Of a stretch of 64,000 nt of DNA, positions 19,475 to 30,332 are shown piece after piece. Position 1 is the stretch's first letter, and every line of letters starts with the position of its first letter. The notes under the pieces are model-generated. The model made no database searches and was not told where the DNA came from. It was given only the letters and a program-made list of their open reading frames with translations. Location of the stretch: NCBI GenBank assembly GCA_965222515.1, contig CBDCUE010000012.1:52813-116812 (forward strand), read 5' to 3'. The translations under genes and the position numbers were made by a program. Origin of the DNA: Rickettsiales bacterium. Its GTDB lineage: Bacteria > Pseudomonadota > Alphaproteobacteria > Rickettsiales > JABIRX01.

Positions 19475-20842
19475 TTAAAAATTAATCTTTTTTAAATAAT
19501 CATTCATCTCCTGTTGCATTTCTTTTAAAAAACTTTCTGTCATTCCTTCGCATCTGGTAGTTAAGTAAGGAGAGGTATTTGATGCTCTAATCAACCACCA
19601 GCCTTTGTCTTTTTCTACTTTTACCCCATCAATATCAAGGTAATTTATTTTTTCTTTTTCTAAAGTATTTTGTAATTTTTTTATAATTGTAAATTTCTGC
19701 TCATCTGGGCAAGCTATTTTTTCTTCTTTAGTAGAAAAGGTTTTTGGTAAAGATTCTTTGAAATCATCTAAATTAATATTTGTTTCTGCTAGAATTTTAA
19801 TTAATCTGATAGCTGCATAAAGTCCATCATCATATCCATAATTTTTGTCTTTAAAAAAAACATGACCAGACATCTCTCCTGCAAGCAAAGCCTTTTCTTG
19901 CTTCATTTTTGCTTTTATTAATGAATGCCCAGTTTTCCAAATTATTGGAATACCTCCATATTCCTTGATTTTTGACATAAATATTCTGCTAGCCTTAACA
20001 TCAGCAATGATTTTTGCCCCAGAAGTTTCTTTTAAAATTTCGCTAGCAAATAAAGTTACCAACTCATCTCCCCACATAATTTGCCCTTTTGCAGTAACCA
20101 CTCCTATTCGATCGGCATCTCCATCAAAAGCAAACCCTACATCGCAATTATTATCTTTGACTAATGTTTTTAATTGCTCAAGATTAGCCTCAATTGTAGG
20201 ATCTGGATCGTGAGCAGGAAAGTCCCCATCAATTTTAGTATTTATAGTAAAATTTTTATTTGATAAATTTTTACTCAAAATATCAACTATTTCTGCCCCT
20301 GCTCCACAAGCAGGATCCCAAGCTATTTTTAAATTTCTTAGATTTTTTTGATTACCTAATATCTCTAATAAAGATTTTTCTAAATAATCTGTTTTTATAT
20401 CGATTTTATATTCTTTACCTTCACCTGTTAAAAATTCTTCTTTATGTACAAAAGCTATAAATTTTTTTAAATCCTTGCCATAAAAATTTTCTAAATGAGA
20501 AATAATTTTAAAACCATTATATTCTTTGGGGTTATGAGATGCTGTTATTACAATTCCATAATTAATATTTTTTAAATAGAATATAGAAAAATATAAAGCA
20601 GGAGATGGAACTAAACCAATATTATTAACATCACACCCTGTTTCCAAAATACCTTTTATCAAATTATTTTTTAAAACAGGAGATGATTTTCTGCCATCAT
20701 AGGCAACATTTATTACATTAGAATTATTCTGTAAAGCTTTGGTGCCAAGAGCTTTACCTATTAAATAAGCATCATTAGCAAAAAGAGTCTTGTTATAAAC
20801 TCCTCTAATATCATATTCTCGGACAATTTTATCTAAAATCAT
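19475..20842 (-). CDS. Phosphomannomutase/phosphoglucomutase (alpha-D-phosphohexomutase family)
   Basis: Active-site loop 'VITASHNPKEYNGFK', metal site 'FAFDGDADRIG', sugar loop 'GEMSGHVFF'. It lacks the GlmM-type 'DNGIK'. Confidence 0.85.
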   Translation of the reverse strand: MILDKIVREYDIRGVYNKTLFANDAYLIGKALGTKALQNNSNVINVAYDGRKSSPVLKNNLIKGILETGCDVNNIGLVPSPALYFSIFYLKNINYGIVITASHNPKEYNGFKIISHLENFYGKDLKKFIAFVHKEEFLTGEGKEYKIDIKTDYLEKSLLEILGNQKNLRNLKIAWDPACGAGAEIVDILSKNLSNKNFTINTKIDGDFPAHDPDPTIEANLEQLKTLVKDNNCDVGFAFDGDADRIGVVTAKGQIMWGDELVTLFASEILKETSGAKIIADVKASRIFMSKIKEYGGIPIIWKTGHSLIKAKMKQEKALLAGEMSGHVFFKDKNYGYDDGLYAAIRLIKILAETNINLDDFKESLPKTFSTKEEKIACPDEQKFTIIKKLQNTLEKEKINYLDIDGVKVEKDKGWWLIRASNTSPYLTTRCEGMTESFLKEMQQEMNDYLKKINF

Positions 20843-20925
20843 TTTTTTGTAAGTTAAGTTTGTTATGAGTGGGTATGTAAGCTAAACAACATCCACACGA
20901 ATATATTTTTTAGCATTAAGGTTAA

Positions 20926-21078
20926 TTATTCTTTATTTAAAGGGATAATAACTTTTTGCTTGTTTTTTATAGCTTCATTTTGTCTTTTTTCTTTGTTTAA
21001 AATTACCATCTTAAATAAAGAACTAGATAAAATTATTATAAACATAATAATTAAAAATGTAGTGAATGGTATTTTCAT
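20926..21078 (-). CDS. Possible small membrane protein (50 aa; below the ORF-track cutoff)
   Basis: My manual translation gives 'MKIPFTTFLIIMFIIILSSSLFKMVILNKEKRQNEAIKNKQKVIIPLNKE', one hydrophobic helix plus a basic tail, upstream of and co-directional with the phosphomutase gene. There is no other support. Confidence 0.25.
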   Translation of the reverse strand: MKIPFTTFLIIMFIIILSSSLFKMVILNKEKRQNEAIKNKQKVIIPLNKE

Positions 21079-21244
21079 ATTTTTTTATATTTTTAATATT
21101 GTTATATAATTTTATATTATGTTTTTTAGCAATCTTTTTATTAAAAAGCATCAATTAATTATCTTTTGTAATTTATAGTTTGCACTTTTATTTTAAATAT
21201 AATTATTTATCCTGTTTAAGTATAAACATTATTAATTATTTTAA

Positions 21245-23080
<1,836 letters not shown>

Positions 23081-23102
23081 AACTAACTAACTAATTAATA
23101 AT

Positions 23103-23900
23103 ATGGAGCATAAAAAACAAATAGCAGCTTTTAGTTTGATAGAGCTTTCAATAGTAATTATTATTATAGGATTGCTTATTGCAGGGGTTACTAGTGGTGG
23201 GCATTTGATTCATCAAGCTAGATTGCAGAAATTGCTGAAAAATGTTGATAGTTTAAAAACTTCTGTTGCTACTTTTCAAGGAATTCACAATTACCAATTA
23301 CCAGGAGATGCAGATGGTATAAATAATTTTTATACAACTTCTTTGATAGATGGTAATGGGGATGGTGAAATATCTTGGAATAAAGAGGGAGTGAATGCTT
23401 GGCATCATTTGGCGGTAAGTGAAATTTATCCAAATTCCATTGCTCCTATTAAAAGCAAAATTGATAAATTAACTAATAATCATAGCTTTTCTACTAAATT
23501 AGATAATGGAAAATTATCTTTTATTTATTGTAATTCTAGCTTAAGCAGAATATCAAACAATATTGCAACTTGTAATGAAAATACATTAGATGATAAGAGC
23601 AAGATAACAGCAGGTAATTATTTATTGTTTGGAAAAATTGATAATATTTCACGATCAACAAATAAAAACGGTTATAATCATTTACCTATTATAAAAGCTG
23701 TTGATGCTTTTAATATTGATCAAAAATTAGATGATGGTTCTCATAATACAGGAGTAATTTTGGCAATAGGAACAACTGGCGGAACGACTGAAGAACCTTC
23801 TGATAATTGTGTTACTCCTGCAACACAATCAGGAAAAAAATCTGATTATGCAAAATCTAATAAAAACAAAAGCTGTGCTTTGTTGTTTAAATTACATTAA
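23103..23900 (+). CDS. Prepilin-type N-terminal cleavage/methylation domain protein (pilin or pseudopilin-like)
   Basis: 'KKQIAAFSLIELSIVIIIIGLLIAGV' is a class III signal with F+1 and E+5. Position -1 is Ala instead of the usual Gly. Confidence 0.75.
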   Translation: MEHKKQIAAFSLIELSIVIIIIGLLIAGVTSGGHLIHQARLQKLLKNVDSLKTSVATFQGIHNYQLPGDADGINNFYTTSLIDGNGDGEISWNKEGVNAWHHLAVSEIYPNSIAPIKSKIDKLTNNHSFSTKLDNGKLSFIYCNSSLSRISNNIATCNENTLDDKSKITAGNYLLFGKIDNISRSTNKNGYNHLPIIKAVDAFNIDQKLDDGSHNTGVILAIGTTGGTTEEPSDNCVTPATQSGKKSDYAKSNKNKSCALLFKLH

Positions 23901-23904
23901 ATAG

Positions 23905-25812
23905 ATGAGTTATTTTTTTAAAAATACATTATTATTCATTATATTTTTTTTTATCTTTGCAAATAATATATTTGCAGATGATTTGCTTAGTAAGAAAGAA
24001 AAAAAATGTTTAGATAATAGTTATAAATTTTATAAAAAAAATAATTTTTCAAAAGCTTTTTCTTTAGCTTGTAAAAAGGATATTCAAGAACTGTTGATTT
24101 GGTTAGCATTGAATGATAAGAAAAAAAACAATCATAAAATAGCTCTTAATTTTTTAGAAAATAACAAAGCAACAATTTCTTATCAGAAAATAACAAAGAA
24201 TTTTATTTCTTCTTTAGAAAAAGAAGATTTGAATAAAGAGAACTTTAAATTTTTATTAGCTCACAAGAATAGCAAACAGGCTTTTTTGTTAATTATTAAT
24301 AATATAAAAGAAGAATATAGAGGAAAAATAATAAAGGAATATTTTTTATCTGATTATTTTCAAATAAAAGATTTTTCTAAATATTACAAAAATTATAAAA
24401 ATATTTTTTCTAAAAAAGTTGTAGATGATAAAATCAATAAATTAATTTGGCAGAATCATTTTTTTAGTGCTAAAAAATTATTGCCATATTCATCAAAGAA
24501 ACAAAGAGTTTTGTTTAAGACAAGAATTGCTTTTGCAAGGAATCATTCTAGAGTAGCACTTAATAATCTAAAAAAGCTAGCAACAGCTCAAAAAACGAAT
24601 GAAGGATTATTTTATAATATCGTAAAGTGGCACGAAAAACATAATAGAGATCATAAGGTTAGCAAGTATTTGTTAAAATTAGAAAATGAAAAAAAACCTA
24701 AAAAATGGGCAAATGTTAGATTAAGAAATGCTAGATATTTATTAAAGCAAAAAAAATATTATACAGCATACAATGTGATGTCCAAACATAAGAATCAAGA
24801 AGGAGAAGAGTTTGCTAATACTGAATGGTTTAGTGGCTGGCTTGCTTTGAGATTTTTAAAAAAACCTAATATTGCTATAAAACATTTTAGAAAATTATAT
24901 AATAATGTTGGCTTTTCATTAAGTAGGTCAAGAGCTTCTTATTGGTTAGCAAGAAGTTACCAAGAAAATAAAGAGCAGAAGAAAGCGAATTATTGGTATG
25001 GAATTGCAGGTAGTTATAGCACTACTTTTTATGGTCAATTAGCAAATAAAGAGTTAAAAAGTAATGATATCAAATTTACTAAAATAATCAAATTTACTCC
25101 AAGAGAGTTAAGAAAGAAAATAGTAAAAAGCAAAACATTAAAACATGCATTATACTTGTCTTATTTAAAAAGAAATAAAGATGCTTTGTTGTTTTTTAAA
25201 GAATATGCAACATTAAATAATGAAAATAAAAAAGATTTGCAAGAGGTAATAGAAATTAGCAAAAATAGCAACTCCATTTCACTTATTAGCAATCTTTCTA
25301 GGTATATAGCAAGATATAATGTAGTAACTATTAATAGCTATCCTATATTAAAGAACTTACCTCCTAAAAAAGCATCTTCTGCTTTAATTTTATCTATTAT
25401 AAAGCAAGAAAGTGGCTTTAATAAAACGGCAATAAGTAGTGCTGGAGCTGTTGGATTTATGCAATTAATTCCATCTACTGCAAAAGAAGTTGCAAGAAGA
25501 TTAAAAATACCATATAGCAAAAGAAAATTAAGAAATGATGCTAGTTATAATATAAAACTAGGTTCATATTATATTAAATATCTTCTTAAAAGATTTGATA
25601 ATTCTAAAATTTTGGCAATAGCTTCATATAATGCAGGAGCTAATCATAGCAAAAGGTGGCTTAGAGAGAATGGAGACTTAAGAAAATTTGATAATAAATA
25701 TAATGTAATAGATTGGATAGAAAAAATAACTTTTACCGAGACAAGAAACTATGTACAGAGAATTCTAGAAAATTATTATATTTATAAAGAGCTGTTAAAT
25801 TATTTACAATAA
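23905..25812 (+). CDS. Soluble lytic murein transglycosylase (Slt70-like)
   Basis: Signal peptide, a long helical-repeat N-terminal region, and the C-terminal SLT catalytic motif 'LSIIKQESGFNKTAISSAGAVGFMQLIPSTA ... SYNAG'. Confidence 0.8.
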   Translation: MSYFFKNTLLFIIFFFIFANNIFADDLLSKKEKKCLDNSYKFYKKNNFSKAFSLACKKDIQELLIWLALNDKKKNNHKIALNFLENNKATISYQKITKNFISSLEKEDLNKENFKFLLAHKNSKQAFLLIINNIKEEYRGKIIKEYFLSDYFQIKDFSKYYKNYKNIFSKKVVDDKINKLIWQNHFFSAKKLLPYSSKKQRVLFKTRIAFARNHSRVALNNLKKLATAQKTNEGLFYNIVKWHEKHNRDHKVSKYLLKLENEKKPKKWANVRLRNARYLLKQKKYYTAYNVMSKHKNQEGEEFANTEWFSGWLALRFLKKPNIAIKHFRKLYNNVGFSLSRSRASYWLARSYQENKEQKKANYWYGIAGSYSTTFYGQLANKELKSNDIKFTKIIKFTPRELRKKIVKSKTLKHALYLSYLKRNKDALLFFKEYATLNNENKKDLQEVIEISKNSNSISLISNLSRYIARYNVVTINSYPILKNLPPKKASSALILSIIKQESGFNKTAISSAGAVGFMQLIPSTAKEVARRLKIPYSKRKLRNDASYNIKLGSYYIKYLLKRFDNSKILAIASYNAGANHSKRWLRENGDLRKFDNKYNVIDWIEKITFTETRNYVQRILENYYIYKELLNYLQ

Positions 25813-25878
25813 TATTTTTGTTGTTATAGTTATTGTATCAAACATTATAAGATTTTTTATAATAATCCTATAATATTT

Positions 25879-25956
25879 AGGCGGGGTAGCTCAGTTGGTT
25901 AGAGCGGCGGAATCATAATCCGTGTGTCGGGAGTTCGAATCTCCCCCTCGCTACCA
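25879..25956 (+). tRNA. tRNA with anticodon CAU (elongator tRNA-Met most likely; lysidine-modified tRNA-Ile2 not excluded)
   Basis: 'GGCGGGG TA GCTC AGTTGGTTA GAGC G GCGGA ATCATAA TCC(C)GT GTGTC GGGAG TTCGAAT CTCCC CCTCGCT A CCA' folds as a cloverleaf with an encoded CCA. It is 78 nt, with one extra C on the 3' side of the anticodon stem. Confidence 0.85.
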
Positions 25957-25980
25957 AGAATCTTTATAATCACAATCAAA

Positions 25981-26373
25981 ATGGATCCTAGTTCCCCAGT
26001 TTATAATTCTCAATTAATTTCAAGTTTTCACAATGGAGGAGGTGGTGGTGGACCTGTAGGAGAATTTGTAACTCCAGGGTTAAATGATGATGTGGTTCAA
26101 GGATTAGACTCTATTAGTTTCGGAGGAGGTTTTGATAACCAAAATTTTCTAGGTACAAAATCTATGGAAGATGTTATCGGTTGGGTGGATGATGCAGGAG
26201 GGTCTTTAGCTTTTTTTTTAAATTTAAAAGGAATGAATGCAGGTAGCATATTTACTGCAATGGGTAATGCAAAATTTTTGTCACAAATGAGACTTGAAAG
26301 CACTTCTATGGTATCAAGAATATTCCCTCCAAAAGGAATTGGTTTATTATCAGGATTTGATAGAGGAAGATAG
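25981..26373 (+). CDS. Hypothetical glycine-rich protein
   Basis: The ORF-track start at 25924 overlaps the tRNA, so the first internal ATG (25981, 'MDPSSPVYNS...') is more plausible. It contains 'HNGGGGGGPVGEF' and looks more G+C-rich than its surroundings. I recognise no motif. Confidence 0.45.
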   Translation: MDPSSPVYNSQLISSFHNGGGGGGPVGEFVTPGLNDDVVQGLDSISFGGGFDNQNFLGTKSMEDVIGWVDDAGGSLAFFLNLKGMNAGSIFTAMGNAKFLSQMRLESTSMVSRIFPPKGIGLLSGFDRGR

Positions 26374-26377
26374 GTTT

Positions 26378-27775
26378 CTATAATGATTTATCTTTTATAA
26401 AATCAATGATTTGAGAAATTGAATTATCTAAAATATTATATTTTTCTTTTTTAGTTAAAACTTTTGTTAGATTTTTTGGTACTTCTGTTAAAGAAATATT
26501 TGCTTTTTTTAATATTTCTGGAAATTTGGCAGGATGTGCTGTTGCTATATTAATTATTTTTCCCAAAAAATCTTTACCCAAAACTTTACTAGAATTTATT
26601 GCCGTTGCTGTGTGAGGGTCAATAATTTTATTATTTGTTGCAAAAACTTCTTTTATAGTGTTAATAATTTCTTGATTATTGGTGCTATGACTCAAAAATA
26701 CTTTTTTTATTTTATTTAATAATTCTTCAGCTACTGATAATTCTCCTTTTTCTTGAAAATTATTCATCAATTTTGTTAGTTTATCACTATCTTTATCCAA
26801 AGCTAAAAATAATAATCTCTCAAAATTACTAGAAATTTGAATATCCATTGCAGGACTATAAGTTTTTTCTAATTTTTCTTTTTTGTAAGAATTATTATTG
26901 ATAAATCTAGTTAAAATATCGTTTTTATTGGTGGCAATAATTAATTTATCAATAGGCAAACCCATTTCTTTTGCCAAATAACCTGCCAAAATATCTCCAA
27001 AATTTCCAGTTGGCACAGAGAAATTTATTTTTTCATTTCTTTTTGCAATTTGATAATAAGCATAAAAATAATAAACTATTTGAGCAATAATCCTAAGCCA
27101 ATTAATTGAGTTTATAGCAATTAGATTTTTGTCATTTTCAGTCAAAAAACTCTGATTAGCAAAAATATTTTTTACAATATTCTGACAATCATCAAAATTT
27201 CCTTTTATCGCACTATTAAAAACATTCTTGTTTTCAATAGTGGTCATTTGCTTTCTTTGAATCTCTGATGTGCCGTTTAATGGGTGCAAGATAAAAATGT
27301 CAACATTAGAATGATCTTTACAGCCCATAATTGCAGCAGAACCTGTATCACCTGAAGTAGCTCCTAAAATTACTGCTTTTTTATTTTCTTCTTTTAAGAA
27401 ATAACCTACAAAACCACCTACTAATTGCAAAGCAAAATCTTTAAAAGCAGCACTGGGACCGTGAAATAATTCTAATAAATATGAATCTTGGCCTAATTTT
27501 TTCACAGGAGCTATTTTTTTATGAGAAAAACCTTGATATGCTTGATTAATTATTTTCTCAAGAGGAGTTTTACCTATATTCTCACTTACAAATGGGTAGA
27601 TTATTTGAAAACATAAATCTTGATATGATAAATTTTTGAAAGAATTTATTTGTTCTTGTGAAAATCTAGGCATATTTTGAGCTACAAACAAACCTCCATC
27701 AGGAGCTAAGCCTTGTAAAAATATTTCTTTAAAAGAATATGTTTTTGAGTTGTCTCTCGTGCTAATATATTTCAT
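26378..27775 (-). CDS. thrC: Threonine synthase
   Basis: 'LELFHGPSAAFKDFALQ' (PLP-lysine motif) and 'ATSGDTGSAA'. Length is 465 aa. Confidence 0.9.
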   Translation of the reverse strand: MKYISTRDNSKTYSFKEIFLQGLAPDGGLFVAQNMPRFSQEQINSFKNLSYQDLCFQIIYPFVSENIGKTPLEKIINQAYQGFSHKKIAPVKKLGQDSYLLELFHGPSAAFKDFALQLVGGFVGYFLKEENKKAVILGATSGDTGSAAIMGCKDHSNVDIFILHPLNGTSEIQRKQMTTIENKNVFNSAIKGNFDDCQNIVKNIFANQSFLTENDKNLIAINSINWLRIIAQIVYYFYAYYQIAKRNEKINFSVPTGNFGDILAGYLAKEMGLPIDKLIIATNKNDILTRFINNNSYKKEKLEKTYSPAMDIQISSNFERLLFLALDKDSDKLTKLMNNFQEKGELSVAEELLNKIKKVFLSHSTNNQEIINTIKEVFATNNKIIDPHTATAINSSKVLGKDFLGKIINIATAHPAKFPEILKKANISLTEVPKNLTKVLTKKEKYNILDNSISQIIDFIKDKSL

Positions 27776-28578
27776 AATTCTATTTTTTTATGTTCATCTA
27801 AATTAGCATCTCCTATCATAATGATGTTATTATCTGCTGGAATTATAGTTACAAACCCTCTAGGCATTGAAATATCAACATAATTACCTATTAATTTTTG
27901 CTTGTAAGCTGCATAAGCAGTAGCACAAGCTCCAGTTCCACAAGCAAGAGTTGCTCCTGCTCCTCTTTCCCAAGTTATTAATTTTATATTTTCTTGATCA
28001 ATAATCTCTGCAATATTTATGTTAATTTTTTTAGGAAAGATATTGTCATTTTCTAAAAAAGAAACTTCTTTTTCTAAATTAATTTTATCTAAATTTTTAA
28101 CAAAAAATACAATATGAGGATTTCCAACATTTACCGCAAATCCTATACCAAATTTTTTCTGAGGTAGAAGGTTTTTGATTAAATTGCTATTACTAAGCAC
28201 AGGAATCTCTTCTGGTTTAGTTTTTGCTTCTCCCATACTTACTTCACAAATCTCGCCACCTTGTAATAATTCTGCTGAAATAATCCTGTTTTCTGTTTCT
28301 ATTTCAACAATTTCTTTTTTGAGATGGCTAGCTATTATTCTTGCTACACATCTAGTTCCATTGCCACAAGCATCTGCTAAACTACCATCTATATTATAGA
28401 TTTTCATAAAACAATCTGCTTTTTTACTAGGTAAAATAAGCAGTAATTGATCGTAAATCTCATTCAAATTGTTTTTTTTAGTTAATTCTATAATTTCTGC
28501 AAAGGATAATTCTTTTGTTTTTCTTAAATCAAAAACATTAAAATCATTACCTAATCCATTCATTCTATAGTAATCCAT
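27772..28578 (-). CDS. dapF: Diaminopimelate epimerase
   Basis: 'MNGLGNDF', 'ADACGNGTRCVA' and 'TLACGTGACA' (the two catalytic Cys regions). It overlaps thrC by 4 nt. Confidence 0.9.
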   Translation of the reverse strand: MDYYRMNGLGNDFNVFDLRKTKELSFAEIIELTKKNNLNEIYDQLLLILPSKKADCFMKIYNIDGSLADACGNGTRCVARIIASHLKKEIVEIETENRIISAELLQGGEICEVSMGEAKTKPEEIPVLSNSNLIKNLLPQKKFGIGFAVNVGNPHIVFFVKNLDKINLEKEVSFLENDNIFPKKININIAEIIDQENIKLITWERGAGATLACGTGACATAYAAYKQKLIGNYVDISMPRGFVTIIPADNNIIMIGDANLDEHKKIEL

Positions 28579-28620
28579 TTTTTTTGAGGTTTATGTTATT
28601 ATGAGTAAAGTTGTAACTAA

Positions 28621-28778
28621 TACTATTTTAGCTTTATAATTGACCTATAGCCTTCAATCTGCTCATCATAAATTGCTTTTTCTAATAATCTGTTAGCTAT
28701 GGCTAACAAATAATTAAAAAAAACAATTTCTACTAAACATTTTTTTGGCTATAGGTCAATTATAAAGCTAAAATAGTA
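28621..28778. repeat. Full-length palindromic MITE/REP-like element (~158 bp) with 32-bp terminal inverted repeats
   Basis: Left arm 'TACTATTTTAGCTTTATAATTGACCTATAGCC' (28621-28652) and right arm 'GGCTATAGGTCAATTATAAAGCTAAAATAGTA' (28747-28778) form a perfect inverted repeat. It is non-coding. Confidence 0.8.
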
Positions 28779-28951
28779 TAATAATCCTTATTATATTAAA
28801 AATGTTAATAATTTCAATTATTAAATTAAGATCCTGTGCAACAGTTCTATGATGGGGACACTCTGTAGTTAAAAACTTCTTTATTGATTTTAGTATTATA
28901 CTTATTATGATGGCAATTTTTAAATCAAATTAATTATAACAATATAAAATT

Positions 28952-30064
28952 ATGTTAATAGGAATTCCAAAAGAAATAAAAGATAACGAAACTAGAGTGG
29001 CTATTTCTCCTTCTGGTGCTAAAGAATTAATTGCATCAGGAAATCAAGTTATTTTAGAGAGAATGGCAGGTGATGCTATTGGCTTTACTGATGAAATGTA
29101 TGAAAAGGCAGGAGTAAAAATTGTTTTTACTAAAGACGAGGTTTACCAAGCAGCTGATATGATTGTAAAAGTAAAAGAGCCTCAAGCAATTGAAGTTGAT
29201 ATGTTGAAAAAAGATCAAATACTATTTTCATATTTGCATTTAGCAGCAGAAAAAGAATTAACAAAAAGATTGTTGAAAAGAGGGGTAATAGCCATCTCTT
29301 ACGAAACCGTAGAAGATAAAGGAACTTTAGCATTACTTACTCCAATGAGTGAAGTGGCTGGAAGAGTTGCAACTCAAGCAGGAGCATATTCTTTACAAAA
29401 AAATGTTGGAGGAAAAGGAGTCCTGTTAGGAGGAGTATCAGGAGTTGAACCTGCCAAAGTAGTTATTATAGGAGGTGGAGTAGTTGGAGCAAATGCTGCT
29501 ACTATTGCTTCTGGAATGGGAGCAATAGTAACTATTTTAGATAAATCTTTAAGCAAAATTAGGAAATTAAAAAATGTTTTTGGTAATAATGTTCAGGTTT
29601 TATATTCTAGTAAAGATGTTTTAGAAAAATCAATAGCTGAGGCAGATTTAGTTATTGGAGCAATATTAGTTCCAGGTGCTAAATCTCCTAAGGTTATTAC
29701 TAAAAAAATGATTAAATCAATGAACAAAGGGTCGGTTATAGTAGATGTATCAATTGATCAAGGTGGATGTTTTGAAACTAGCAAACCAACAACTCATTCA
29801 AATCCTATTTATGTTGTGAATGATGTTATCCATTATTGTGTAACAAATATGCCAGCAGTAGCTGCTAAAACAGCATCAAGAGCATTAGAGAATGCTACCA
29901 TTCCTTATATTTTAAAATTAGCAAAAGATGGTTATAAAAAAGCTCTTTTATCAGATAAAGGATTTTTGAAAGGTTTGAATATTTATTACGATAAAGTAAC
30001 ATATAAAGCAGTTTCAGATGCTTTTAATATGCATTACTCTGAGCCAACTAGTATCTTTTCTTAA
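28952..30064 (+). CDS. ald: Alanine dehydrogenase
   Basis: 'MLIGIPKEIKDNETRVA', 'VKVKEPQ' and the NAD-binding loop 'VVIIGGGVVGANAA'. Length is 370 aa. Confidence 0.9.
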   Translation: MLIGIPKEIKDNETRVAISPSGAKELIASGNQVILERMAGDAIGFTDEMYEKAGVKIVFTKDEVYQAADMIVKVKEPQAIEVDMLKKDQILFSYLHLAAEKELTKRLLKRGVIAISYETVEDKGTLALLTPMSEVAGRVATQAGAYSLQKNVGGKGVLLGGVSGVEPAKVVIIGGGVVGANAATIASGMGAIVTILDKSLSKIRKLKNVFGNNVQVLYSSKDVLEKSIAEADLVIGAILVPGAKSPKVITKKMIKSMNKGSVIVDVSIDQGGCFETSKPTTHSNPIYVVNDVIHYCVTNMPAVAAKTASRALENATIPYILKLAKDGYKKALLSDKGFLKGLNIYYDKVTYKAVSDAFNMHYSEPTSIFS

Positions 30065-30167
30065 GTTTGATGCAGGTTGCTGAATATATACAAATTTTTG
30101 AAATATCCCTTCCTTGAGAGCTGTGTTATAATAGAAAGTTATATTCGGGGTAATAGCTCTTCCTCAA

Positions 30168-30252
30168 CAGACTGTGTTGCAATTAGTAAAAAAGAGGTTA
30201 TTTTTGTTATAAATAAAAATAACCTCTTTTTTACTAATTGCAACACAGTCTG
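30168..30252. repeat. Perfect 38-bp inverted repeat with a 9-nt loop between convergent genes (candidate bidirectional terminator or palindromic element)
   Basis: 'CAGACTGTGTTGCAATTAGTAAAAAAGAGGTTATTTTT' (30168-30205) is exactly complementary to 30215-30252. The loop is 'GTTATAAAT'. It lies between ald (+) and the gamma-CA-like gene (-). Confidence 0.6.
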
Positions 30253-30332
30253 CAAAATGGGGGGGAGCAGTTTCTATGAACATAATGTTCTATTTCATAA
30301 AAGAGATTGCTGATAAAACTCCGCTTACTTTT

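Noticed and set aside
25924-25980. The ORF-track start (GTG 25924) for the glycine-rich ORF
   Set aside because: These codons are the 3' half of the tRNA gene (T-arm and CCA). I trimmed the CDS to the internal ATG at 25981.
30077-30313. 78-codon ORF with a TTG start between ald and the gamma-CA-like gene
   Set aside because: It is built around the perfect 38-bp inverted repeat, so its middle translates both arms. It has a non-ATG start and no motif, so I treat it as non-coding.
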